From contig JBJLBP010000001.1 in the NCBI GenBank assembly GCA_045568075.1, positions 240,001 through 272,000 of the forward strand: DNA of 32,000 nucleotides. Reading direction: 5' to 3'. Positions 9,501-16,374 of the stretch are shown here, in pieces; within the stretch, counting starts at the first letter, position 1; every line of letters starts with the position of its first letter. The position numbers and the translations under genes were made by a program. The notes under the pieces are model-generated. The model was not told the DNA's origin. It did not search any database and saw only the letters and a program-made list of their open reading frames with translations. The stretch is from Candidatus Thalassarchaeaceae archaeon. GTDB taxonomy: Archaea > Thermoplasmatota > Poseidoniia > Poseidoniales > Thalassarchaeaceae.

Positions 9501-10165
9501 GACTGAATGAAACACGCGTGAGGTTGAGGGTGAGTGTAAGCATCCTCTGAGAGGTGTAACTCGCCCGTCGTACCGTCGATGTAGTGATGTCCTTGAGCCG
9601 GCCCGGTGATTCCGTAGGCCCAGTTGAGTCCGGTGTTGAACCACTGAGGGCTATTAGGAGCCGAGCGCTGGCTGGCGATGAGGTAATACATCTCGTCGTA
9701 GTAAGCCCGAGCATCTGCCTCGCTAGCGAAGTAACCGTATTTCCAACCCCAGTAAGTCCAGGTGCCAGCGAGGCGACGGAACAATTCGCGTCCATCGGTC
9801 TCTCCGACGTATCTATCCTCAGCATCGAGAGTCTGCAACTTCTCATGATCGGGCTCACTGCGTTGAAGCCAGACAGGCACTCCATCCTCCGCCACCTTGC
9901 GCAGAGCGACTGGAACGCCAGCCTTCCTCAGATACTTCTGAGCGCAAACCTTCCCAGGGACGCCTGCGAATCCAGATGGAAGCTGTGCATCTTCGATCTC
10001 GTGCGCGAGGCTCCCGTCAGGGTTACGAATCTCTACACTCATCTCAATCCAATCGAAGGCATCGAAGGGGTCAGAGCCGGCTGAAGTAAAGCGTCTCTCG
10101 ATGACCAGACCCTTCTCAGCTTCGCCAACATCGGAGACTGTCTCATCCTCTGTCCGCGTTTGCAT
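6515..10165 (-). CDS. nrdJ: Class II (adenosylcobalamin-dependent) ribonucleotide reductase, long form with C-terminal Cys-rich zinc ribbon
   Basis: RNR motifs are present: TACNLASINL, GLGYCNLGSLLM, APTGTIGLVMGADTTGVEP and ISKTINMP. The C-terminus is CDDCGGSQMVRNGTCLKCNACGATTGCS. The track ORF starts at a GTG (10213) buried in a hairpin. I prefer the ATG at 10165 (MQTRTEDE), which is preceded by GGAAGTGAT. Confidence 0.93.
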   Translation of the reverse strand: MQTRTEDETVSDVGEAEKGLVIERRFTSAGSDPFDAFDWIEMSVEIRNPDGSLAHEIEDAQLPSGFAGVPGKVCAQKYLRKAGVPVALRKVAEDGVPVWLQRSEPDHEKLQTLDAEDRYVGETDGRELFRRLAGTWTYWGWKYGYFASEADARAYYDEMYYLIASQRSAPNSPQWFNTGLNWAYGITGPAQGHHYIDGTTGELHLSEDAYTHPQPHACFIQSVSDSLVGGTESIMGLWNREALLFKYGSGTGSNFSRIRGAGEPLSGGGSSSGLLSFLKIGDRAAGAIKSGGTTRRAAKMVTLDLDHPDIEEYIDWKLSEEEKVSALVIGSSILQKHADSIMSAIWAHDDDDSRLSPAANGALKMAMVKAVRDSVPQPHIKRILDLAGQGWKGMTFEKFDTDWQGEGYNTVSGQNSNNSVRVPNSFMDTLRDEGEWNLYHRTELERAAEAGREPAPCRSMPAANLWNKIAYTAWACADPGVQFDTTINEWHTCPEGGRINGSNPCSEYMFLDDTACNLASINLLHYYDKSSQTFDVEDFRHSVRLWTATLEISVLMAQFPSAEIARKSYEYRTLGLGYCNLGSLLMHMGIPYDDERGYAICGALTSIMCGESYATSAEMSSVLGPFPNYSENADHMLRVMRNHRRAAYDAPAEEYEGLTVAPVGINSKKCPKDLLEAARAAWDRALREGGEHGFRNAQTTVIAPTGTIGLVMGADTTGVEPQFSLVQYKQLAGGGSLRIINHGVPNALRRLGYSDKETEVIQEYIMGTASLRNCPAISSKVLKAAGFDAAKIKSIESSFPDVFDIRSAFTPSILGEEFCTETLGLSKAQYEDPYFDTLGSLGFSNAEIDQANDHVFGFGTIEGSPGLKDEHLAVFDCATPCGKYGERSIDWKAHVMMMAAAQPFISGAISKTINMPADATIEEIRAAYELSHETMNKACAVYRDGSKLSQPLMNQLVDATSVSDDEEENEAVTVVHKMVEETAAALPIPAPAATVLAEQFVHNYIATRCPLPDVRSSSTMKARVGGHTVYLSSSTYDDGRLGEIMITTSKEGAAWRSLLNQFAIAVSIGLQYGVPLDAFVKSFTFQKFEPSGMVSGGSGRVKMSTSIVDYIFRELAIQYLDREDLAHISAEDMETTSISRPEQTDDGVVRTQGERRNVQLTLNAVTPTEDDDSRIRRLARERGFTGDICDDCGGSQMVRNGTCLKCNACGATTGCS

Positions 10166-10204
10166 TTCAATCACTTCCGAATCTTTTCCCCGGCTCGATT
10201 CTGT

Positions 10205-10222
10205 CCTTCGCACACGCGAAGG
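10205..10222 (-). promoter_or_regulatory. Perfect 7-bp stem / 4-nt loop inverted repeat (CCTTCGC-ACAC-GCGAAGG) in the nrdJ leader
   Basis: Read directly from the sequence. It lies between the osmC-like stop (10340) and the preferred nrdJ ATG (10165). No T-tract follows it, so its role as terminator or leader structure is unclear. Confidence 0.3.
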
Positions 10223-10339
10223 GTTCAGTTGTGCTCATGGAGGGACTTTAATGATTGAGGATTGGACCTCCACGAAGGAGACGGATTGGTCTTGGGAAAT
10301 GTATAATCCGCGCCTGCTACCGTGTGAAAGGTTCGCGAC

Positions 10340-10732
10340 TCAGGGTTGGATATCCAGTGTCCAATCTACACTGGCGCCGGACTGCGAAATCATGATCCCA
10401 ACCGAGCATTCCTTCTCATGTGAAAGGGAGATGAGCCGTCGCACGAGTTTCTCGGGAACATCTCCCTCGATTACGTAGTGCAAACGCACCGCGGTGAAGA
10501 CACGAGGTTGTTCTTCAGCGCGGTCGCTTTCGATTTCGATCCTCATAGATCTAACATTTTCCATTCTGTCTTTGAGGCCGACCCGAAGGTCGACCATAGA
10601 ACAGGCCGCGTGAGCTTGAAGCACTAATTCCATCGGACTGGGTGCGGTATCGGAGTAGATCGGTGTGAGTTTACCAGCGGGGGTCTCGCCTTCCATTGTG
10701 CGCCCCCCTGTCCACCTGACGACGCCCTTCAT
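10340..10732 (-). CDS. OsmC/Ohr-family peroxiredoxin-like protein
   Basis: 130 aa. The pattern PMELVLQAHAACSMVD...SHEKECSV has two conserved Cys in OsmC-like spacing. The size is typical for the family. Confidence 0.75.
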   Translation of the reverse strand: MKGVVRWTGGRTMEGETPAGKLTPIYSDTAPSPMELVLQAHAACSMVDLRVGLKDRMENVRSMRIEIESDRAEEQPRVFTAVRLHYVIEGDVPEKLVRRLISLSHEKECSVGIMISQSGASVDWTLDIQP

Positions 10733-10848
10733 GTCGATAGCCTCAGGCCCGACTGTCTTGAGCCTTCGGCTGATTTGTCACCTAGGATGGAAAACCACCT
10801 CGATGGGTTGGCTTCATCAAGGGTTGGCGGGTCGCGCGCCTGAGAGAC

Positions 10849-12078
10849 ATGAGTGAGAGCGGCGCGATTACTATGGAGAACGGCCAACTGAACGTTCCCA
10901 ACGAGCCCATAGTTCACTACATTGAGGGCGATGGGATTGGCGTCGACATCACTCCAGTCATGATCTCTGTTGTCGACGCGGCAGTCAACAAGGCATACGG
11001 GGGCACTCGCCACATCCATTGGTCGGAAGTTCTCGCAGGCGAGAAGGCATTCAACGCAACAGGCGAGTGGCTACCAGAAGCAACCCTCGAAGCCATGCGA
11101 ACAGGCCTCGTCTCAATCAAGGGTCCCTTGACCACACCAGTGGGCGGAGGAATCCGCAGTCTCAACGTCGCACTCCGCCAGCACCTCGACCTCTTCGCTT
11201 GCGTTCGGCCAGTTCGTTGGTATTCGGGCACACCGAGTCCGGTGCGCAACCCAGACTACGTCGATATGATCATCTTCCGCGAGAATAGTGAAGACGTCTA
11301 CGCTGGAATTGAGTGGGAAGCGGGAAGTGAAGAAGTAGCGAAAGTAATTGATTTCCTTCAAAACGAAATGGGAGTTACCAAAATCCGCTTCCCTAACACA
11401 TCAGGAATCGGAATCAAACCAATCAGTAGCGAAGGGACTACGCGTATCGTGCGTGCAGCAATCCAGTATGCAATTGACAATGACAAGGATTCTGTAACAT
11501 TGGTCCACAAAGGCAACATCATGAAATTTACAGAGGGCGGTTTCCGCGACTGGGGATACCAACTCGCAAAGGACGAATTCGGAGCAACCGAACTCGATGG
11601 TGGCCCATGGTGCACTCTTACCAACCCCAATACGGGTAACACGATCACGATCAAGGATGTCATTGCGGACGCAATGCTACAACAAGTCCTCACGCGCCCG
11701 CGCGAGTACGGAGTCCTAACTACGATGAATCTCAATGGCGACTACATATCGGACGCACTCGCAGCTCAAGTGGGTGGCATCGGAATCGCACCCGGGGCGA
11801 ACATAAATTATGATACAGGAATTTCAATTTTCGAAGCCACGCATGGCACCGCACCAAAGTATGCAGGTCAAGACAAGGTCAATCCAGGAAGTCTGATTTT
11901 GTCGGCAGAAATGATGCTGCGTCACATGGGATGGGGCGAAGCTGCCGATCTCATCGTCAAGGGTATGGAAGGAGCAATTTCAGCCGGCACTGTGACCTAT
12001 GACTTCGAACGCCTGATGGACGATGCAACTCTTCTTTCCTGCTCCGACTTCGGCGCGGCGCTAGTATCCCACATGTGA
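10849..12078 (+). CDS. icd: Isocitrate dehydrogenase (NADP-type, prokaryotic homodimeric)
   Basis: 409 aa. [21 protein letters not shown] and [21 protein letters not shown] are nearly identical to the E. coli Icd motifs. [25 protein letters not shown] is also present. Confidence 0.96.
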   Translation: MSESGAITMENGQLNVPNEPIVHYIEGDGIGVDITPVMISVVDAAVNKAYGGTRHIHWSEVLAGEKAFNATGEWLPEATLEAMRTGLVSIKGPLTTPVGGGIRSLNVALRQHLDLFACVRPVRWYSGTPSPVRNPDYVDMIIFRENSEDVYAGIEWEAGSEEVAKVIDFLQNEMGVTKIRFPNTSGIGIKPISSEGTTRIVRAAIQYAIDNDKDSVTLVHKGNIMKFTEGGFRDWGYQLAKDEFGATELDGGPWCTLTNPNTGNTITIKDVIADAMLQQVLTRPREYGVLTTMNLNGDYISDALAAQVGGIGIAPGANINYDTGISIFEATHGTAPKYAGQDKVNPGSLILSAEMMLRHMGWGEAADLIVKGMEGAISAGTVTYDFERLMDDATLLSCSDFGAALVSHM

Positions 12079-13509
12079 GTGATTTTGTTGAATTTTGCTT
12101 CACTCAATTTGTGCGAGCCTTTGCTCGAGGCTCTCGATGACATAGGTTACGAGATCCCGACGCCGATTCAGGAGGAAGCAATTCCTTACTTGCTCGAGGG
12201 CAGAGATGTGTTGGGCTGTGCCCAAACCGGTACCGGAAAAACGGCGGCCTTCTCCCTCCCAATCCTTCACATAATGGCCGAAACACCTCGCAATGGGCCT
12301 CGTAAAATTCGCACATTGATGCTCTGCCCAACAAGAGAGTTGGCAGCACAAATTCACGAGAATATCGAATTGTACGCGTCCAAACTCGATATTCGTAGCA
12401 TGGTCATGTTCGGCGGAGTCAGTCAGAAACCGCAGGAGAGGAATTTGCGCCGAGGAGTCGACATATTGGTGGCAACACCAGGGAGACTCCTCGACCTAAT
12501 GAGCCAACGTTTGGTAGATCTCTCAAAGGTGGAATTCCTCGTTTTCGACGAGGCAGACCGAATGCTCGATATGGGATTCATTCGCGATATTCAGAAGATT
12601 TTGGCTCACGTACCTAAAAAGCGCCAAAGTCTACTATTCAGCGCAACAATGCCACACTCAATCGTCTCATTATCCAAGGATATGCTATTCGATCCGAAAA
12701 GAATTGATATCACTCCGGAATCGACGACTGTCGAGGCGATTCAACAATCTCTCATGTTCGTAAAGAAAGCCGATAAGCGCCCACTTCTCAACCATATTCT
12801 ACTCGAAGAAAGTCCCGAAAAGATGCTTATCTTCGGCCGCACTAAACACGGCTGCAACAAGATAGTCCGCCTCCTTGAAAGAGATGGCTTCGAAGCTCTC
12901 GCCATCCATGGAAACAAGAGTCAGGGCGCACGCGAGCGCGCCCTGGGCCGCTTCCGCAACGGTACCCTCCAAATTCTCGTCGCTACAGATGTCGCCAGTC
13001 GCGGCATCGATGTCTCTGACATCAGTCATGTCATCAATTACGACCTACCCAACGTGCCCGAGGTTTACGTTCACCGTATTGGCAGAACGGGCCGAGCAGG
13101 CCAAGGGGGCATCGCAATTGCATTCTGTGATGAGAATGAGGGCGAGTATCTTCGAGGTATCGAGAAAACAATTCGACAAAGCATTCCAGTCAACGAGGAG
13201 CATCCATTCCATTCCACCAAAGCTCAATCGAAGAAGGGCGATAAGGCACCTAAAAAGAAGCAACGTCGGGGTCGCCCACGCCGCATTGGCGTAGAAGACA
13301 GAGTCAGCAGAAAATCATCTAAGAAGGCTGGAAATAAATTCTCAGGAAGGGGCGGCAGCAGCAGCCGAAAATCATCGAATAGAGGTGGAAATAAATCCCC
13401 AGGAAGAGGCGGCCACAAGCGCTCTAGGGGAGGCGATCGCACAGGCAATCGTAGCGGCGCTGGCAACCGAACCCGAAATCGCTCAGGCGGAGCCAATCGT
13501 AAGAGATAG
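12079..13509 (+). CDS. DEAD-box ATP-dependent RNA helicase (RhlE-like) with basic RGG/Ser-rich C-terminal tail
   Basis: Q-motif PTPIQ, Walker A AQTGTGKT, PTRELA, DEAD (FDEADRML), SAT, and HRIGRTGRAG. The tail is rich in RGG/KKK. The GTG start abuts the icd stop. Confidence 0.92.
   Translation: MILLNFASLNLCEPLLEALDDIGYEIPTPIQEEAIPYLLEGRDVLGCAQTGTGKTAAFSLPILHIMAETPRNGPRKIRTLMLCPTRELAAQIHENIELYASKLDIRSMVMFGGVSQKPQERNLRRGVDILVATPGRLLDLMSQRLVDLSKVEFLVFDEADRMLDMGFIRDIQKILAHVPKKRQSLLFSATMPHSIVSLSKDMLFDPKRIDITPESTTVEAIQQSLMFVKKADKRPLLNHILLEESPEKMLIFGRTKHGCNKIVRLLERDGFEALAIHGNKSQGARERALGRFRNGTLQILVATDVASRGIDVSDISHVINYDLPNVPEVYVHRIGRTGRAGQGGIAIAFCDENEGEYLRGIEKTIRQSIPVNEEHPFHSTKAQSKKGDKAPKKKQRRGRPRRIGVEDRVSRKSSKKAGNKFSGRGGSSSRKSSNRGGNKSPGRGGHKRSRGGDRTGNRSGAGNRTRNRSGGANRKR
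13306..13419 (+). repeat. Two tandem copies of a 57-bp (19-codon) unit inside the helicase tail
   Basis: AGCAGAAAATCATCTAAGAAGGCTGGAAATAAATTCTCAGGAAGGGGCGGC is followed by AGCCGAAAATCATCGAATAGAGGTGGAAATAAATCCCCAGGAAGAGGCGGC. They encode SRKSSKKAGNKFSGRGG and SRKSSNRGGNKSPGRGG. The copies start at 13306 and 13363. Confidence 0.7.
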
Positions 13510-13642
13510 TTTCAGAGAAAGAGGTTCTTGATTTCCTTGAGAAATCTATAGAGAAACTCTTCAAAGACCTATATGAAGATTAGTTTCATCCTTACAGTGG
13601 CCCGAAACACTCCTTCAATAGTGAATCCAATCACGTTCGGCC

Positions 13643-15991
13643 ATGAGTAACAAAAATGCCTCTATTGCCCTGCTAGTGATTGCCAGCCTACTTGTCTCAC
13701 CGGTCGTAGTCGCCGATGAGAACGAAGACATACCGACCAATGCTTCTGCGACCGGTGTACACGACTCCCTCGTGGCCGCTCTCGACAAAGCAAATCTCGT
13801 TGCAACTCTGCAAGGAGACGGTCCGTTCACAGTCTTCGCGCCAACTGACCAGGCCTTCGCCGATGCCGGCATTGATCTGGACTCGTTCAACACCGACGCG
13901 GAGATTGCAGCACTGACTGACATCCTGTTGTACCACGTGTACTCAGGAGCTGTCTACGCTGCTGACGTTACCGACGGACTAACCGTCGCTATGGTAAATG
14001 GAGACGACCTAACTTTCTCTGTAGTCGATGGCACCGTCTCTATGGGAGATGGATCGACCGTAACCACGGCTGACGTAGTTGCATCAAACGGTGTAATCCA
14101 CGTCATCGACAAGGTTCTGATGCCACCAGCGGATATCTTCGACATACCAACAACTGCACAAGGAACTGGTATTCACGACTCTCTAGTAGCAGCTGTGATT
14201 CAGGCAGAACTTCTTACAACTCTGCAGGGCGATGGTCCATTCACGGTCTTCGCACCTACTGACCAGGCTTTTGCTGACGCAGGAATCGACCTAGCTGCAC
14301 TCGACAACGAGGATGGCAAGGCAGCACTGACTGACATCTTGCTCTACCACGTTGTATCGGGCAGTGTCGCATCATCAGCTGTAACTGATGGAATGACAGC
14401 AGCAGCAGTCAACGGCGATGATCTCACCTTCTCCGTCGGAGAAGGCGTGATGGTCAACGATGCCAACGTCATCCTCGCGGATGTAATGGCAACCAATGGA
14501 ATCATCCACGTCATCGACAAGGTTCTGATGCCAGCACCTGACATAACAGAAGAAGATGGAGACATATGCTACAATATGGCCACCCACACACTCGTGGCCG
14601 GAGCATCGTTCGAGGAGTGTATGGCATACATGTATGTCGTAGACTACGAAATGAATGGTCAAACATTCACTGGTTGTTACAACACAGTGTCCCACGACCT
14701 ATCGATGGTTACCCAAGAAGTCTGTGAGTCATACATGTGGACTCCTGCGGTAGACATTGGAATGACAGCACAGGCAACCACAATCCACAATTCGTTGGTA
14801 GCTGCTGTAGTGCAGGCCGAACTTCTAACCACTCTCCAAGGAGACGGTCCGTTCACAGTCTTCGCACCTACCGATGACGCGTTCACCGCTGCAGGTATCG
14901 ACCTAGCTGCACTCGACAACGAGGAAGGCAAGGCAGCCTTGACTGACATCCTACTATACCACGTCTACTCGGGATCAGTCGCAGCCGCTGATGTCACTGA
15001 TGGCATGACTGCAACCATGGTCAATGGAGATGATGCAACCTTCACAGTTGGAGACGGTGTCATGATTAACGATGCAAATGTCATACTTGCTGATGTAATG
15101 GCATCAAACGGAATCATCCACGTCATCGACAAGGTTCTGATGCCACCAGCGGATATCTTCGACATCCCAACAACTGCACAAGGAACTGGTATTCACGACT
15201 CTCTAGTAGCAGCTGTGATTCAGGCAGAACTTCTTGCAACTCTGCAAGGAGACGGACCGTTCACGGTCTTTGCACCTACTGACCAGGCCTTTGCTGACGC
15301 AGGTATCGACCTAGCTGCCCTCGACAACGAGGCTGGCAAGGCAGCACTGACTGACATCTTGCTCTACCACGTTGTATCGGGTAGTGTCGCATCATCAGCA
15401 GTAACTGATGGAATGACAGCAGCAGCAGTCAACGGCTACGATCTCACCTTCTCCGTCGGAGAAGGCGTGATGGTCAACGACGCCAACGTCATCCTCGCGG
15501 ATGTAATGGCAACCAATGGAATCATCCACGTCATCGACAAGGTTCTGATGCCACCAGCAAATGCTCCTGACACAACAGGATGCGATGCTGTAATCGGAAT
15601 CGATGAATCTGGTATGGCATACGACACACCCTATCTCGAGGTAGATGTCGGAGCTACCGTCTGTTGGGTCTGGACTGATGAGTCAATGGCTCACAATGTC
15701 GCACAGATCGCCAAGGAAGGAGATACAACCCGCTACATGGGTGGAGTATACAGTGGTGAGTCAATGACCACTGTCGACTTCAGGTATACCTTCGATGTCG
15801 ACCAGACGTTCAACTACATTTGCGAGCCACACGCAACTACAGGTATGGAGGGTCAGATTGTAGTCGGCACTGGTAGTATCGATACACCAGACGATGATGA
15901 TGATGCAAGCCTACCTGGATTCACAGCAGGAATCGCAGCCTTGGCTGTATTCGGAGCAGTGATGCTGGTAGCTGGACGTAGACAGAACTGA
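13643..15991 (+). CDS. Secreted surface protein: signal peptide, four fasciclin (FAS1) domains, Cys-rich linker, blue-copper cupredoxin domain, PGF-CTERM anchor signal
   Basis: 782 aa. N-terminal signal MSNKNASIALLVIASLLVSPVVVADE. Four copies of the FAS1 pattern (L..TLQGDGPFTVFAPTD.AF...LTDILLYHV...NG.IHVIDKVLMP). Cupredoxin Cu ligands are AHNV...YICEPHATTGMEG. The C-terminus has an Asp-rich linker, then PGF (15914-15922), a TM helix and a GRRQN tail. Confidence 0.88.
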   Translation: MSNKNASIALLVIASLLVSPVVVADENEDIPTNASATGVHDSLVAALDKANLVATLQGDGPFTVFAPTDQAFADAGIDLDSFNTDAEIAALTDILLYHVYSGAVYAADVTDGLTVAMVNGDDLTFSVVDGTVSMGDGSTVTTADVVASNGVIHVIDKVLMPPADIFDIPTTAQGTGIHDSLVAAVIQAELLTTLQGDGPFTVFAPTDQAFADAGIDLAALDNEDGKAALTDILLYHVVSGSVASSAVTDGMTAAAVNGDDLTFSVGEGVMVNDANVILADVMATNGIIHVIDKVLMPAPDITEEDGDICYNMATHTLVAGASFEECMAYMYVVDYEMNGQTFTGCYNTVSHDLSMVTQEVCESYMWTPAVDIGMTAQATTIHNSLVAAVVQAELLTTLQGDGPFTVFAPTDDAFTAAGIDLAALDNEEGKAALTDILLYHVYSGSVAAADVTDGMTATMVNGDDATFTVGDGVMINDANVILADVMASNGIIHVIDKVLMPPADIFDIPTTAQGTGIHDSLVAAVIQAELLATLQGDGPFTVFAPTDQAFADAGIDLAALDNEAGKAALTDILLYHVVSGSVASSAVTDGMTAAAVNGYDLTFSVGEGVMVNDANVILADVMATNGIIHVIDKVLMPPANAPDTTGCDAVIGIDESGMAYDTPYLEVDVGATVCWVWTDESMAHNVAQIAKEGDTTRYMGGVYSGESMTTVDFRYTFDVDQTFNYICEPHATTGMEGQIVVGTGSIDTPDDDDDASLPGFTAGIAALAVFGAVMLVAGRRQN
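14081..14533 (+). repeat. Intragenic repeat copy A (FAS1 domain 2), about 96 percent identical by eye to copy B
   Basis: Aligned by eye with 15101-15553 at an exact offset of 1020 bp (340 codons). I counted about 17 mismatches. Confidence 0.85.
15101..15553 (+). repeat. Intragenic repeat copy B (FAS1 domain 4)
   Basis: See copy A. The protein-level differences are only T/A, D/A and D/Y. Confidence 0.85.
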
Positions 15992-16009
15992 TTGCGCTGT
16001 AATGCAATC
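15990..16009 (+). terminator. Hairpin overlapping the stop codon of the FAS1 gene (GATTGC-8 nt-GCAATC)
   Basis: 6-bp inverted repeat read directly from the sequence. No adjacent T-tract, so terminator function is uncertain. Confidence 0.25.
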
Positions 16010-16245
16010 AACTTGTCCATCCTCCTCTATGGTTCCTCATAGAGTCTCGATGTTAGATCGAAGACTCCAGAGGGCCTAGAGGAGGGTGGCAACACAGCGA
16101 TGGAGGAGGTCGGGCCCCCGACGAGGCCCACCTCCCACATGTGACAGAAACCGGTCTCGGCTTCATTCGGAAGAATTGCCGAACCGACAGGCCCTAGTTT
16201 TGGCCAAGAAATTGAAATTTCCGTTAATCGACCTTGCCTTTCGTG

Positions 16246-16251
16246 TTTTTT
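16246..16251 (+). terminator. T6 tract (archaeal-type terminator candidate), mirrored by an A6 tract at 16265-16270
   Basis: GTTTTTT...AAAAAAC. Oligo-T tracts are the usual archaeal termination signal. This is the first one downstream of the FAS1 gene, 255 nt after its stop. Confidence 0.35.
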
Positions 16252-16313
16252 CTGTTATTCGTCGAAAAAACCTTTCTTTCCAGTGCAATTCGGCTTATCA
16301 CGGCGGTGTTGTA

Positions 16314-16328
16314 TAATGCACCGACTGT
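16314..16328 (+). promoter_or_regulatory. Copy 1 of a 15-nt motif TAATGCACCGACTGT (candidate operator / promoter-proximal element)
   Basis: 13 of 15 identical to 16373-16387. Immediately preceded by the TATA-like GTATAA. Confidence 0.4.
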
Positions 16329-16345
16329 ATTTTGTTGTAGCCGTT

Positions 16346-16359
16346 GTGATTATTATCAC
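16346..16359. promoter_or_regulatory. Palindrome GTGAT-TATT-ATCAC, with outer CCGT/ACGG at 16341-16366
   Basis: Read directly from the sequence. It lies between the two 15-nt motif copies, just upstream of the TATA candidate. Confidence 0.35.
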
Positions 16360-16366
16360 TCCACGG

Positions 16367-16374
16367 TTTAATTA
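16367..16374 (+). promoter_or_regulatory. TATA-box candidate TTTAATTA for the beta-oxidation operon
   Basis: AT-rich octamer whose centre lies about 29 nt upstream of the preferred thiolase ATG (16399). That spacing would give a leaderless or near-leaderless mRNA. Confidence 0.45.

Noticed and set aside
9100-9885. 261-aa ORF on the same strand as nrdJ but out of frame
   Set aside because: It is fully embedded in conserved RNR coding sequence. The translation is Ser/Arg/Thr-rich and there is no independent start context.
6515-10213. Possible intein in NrdJ, considered because the protein exceeds 1200 aa
   Set aside because: RNR motifs are contiguous, and no intein block signatures are seen (no Cys/Ser-initiated insert ending in HN followed by Cys/Ser/Thr). 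The extra length matches the known long-form NrdJ insertions and the zinc-ribbon tail.
10166-10340. Possible cobalamin riboswitch upstream of the B12-dependent RNR
   Set aside because: I could not find a B12-box-like core. The region is short and contains only simple hairpins. This would need an Infernal scan to exclude formally.
13643-15991. Regularly spaced repeats that might suggest a CRISPR or other non-coding array
   Set aside because: The repeats are in-frame FAS1 domain duplications (units of about 400 bp) within one long ORF. They are not 25-40-bp repeats with unique spacers.
16086-16316. 76-aa ORF in the long spacer upstream of the beta-oxidation operon
   Set aside because: The N-terminal half is Arg/Pro/Gly-rich and arises from the GC-rich hairpin block. 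There is no SD site, and the ORF runs through the T6/A6 tracts. I treat the region as non-coding.
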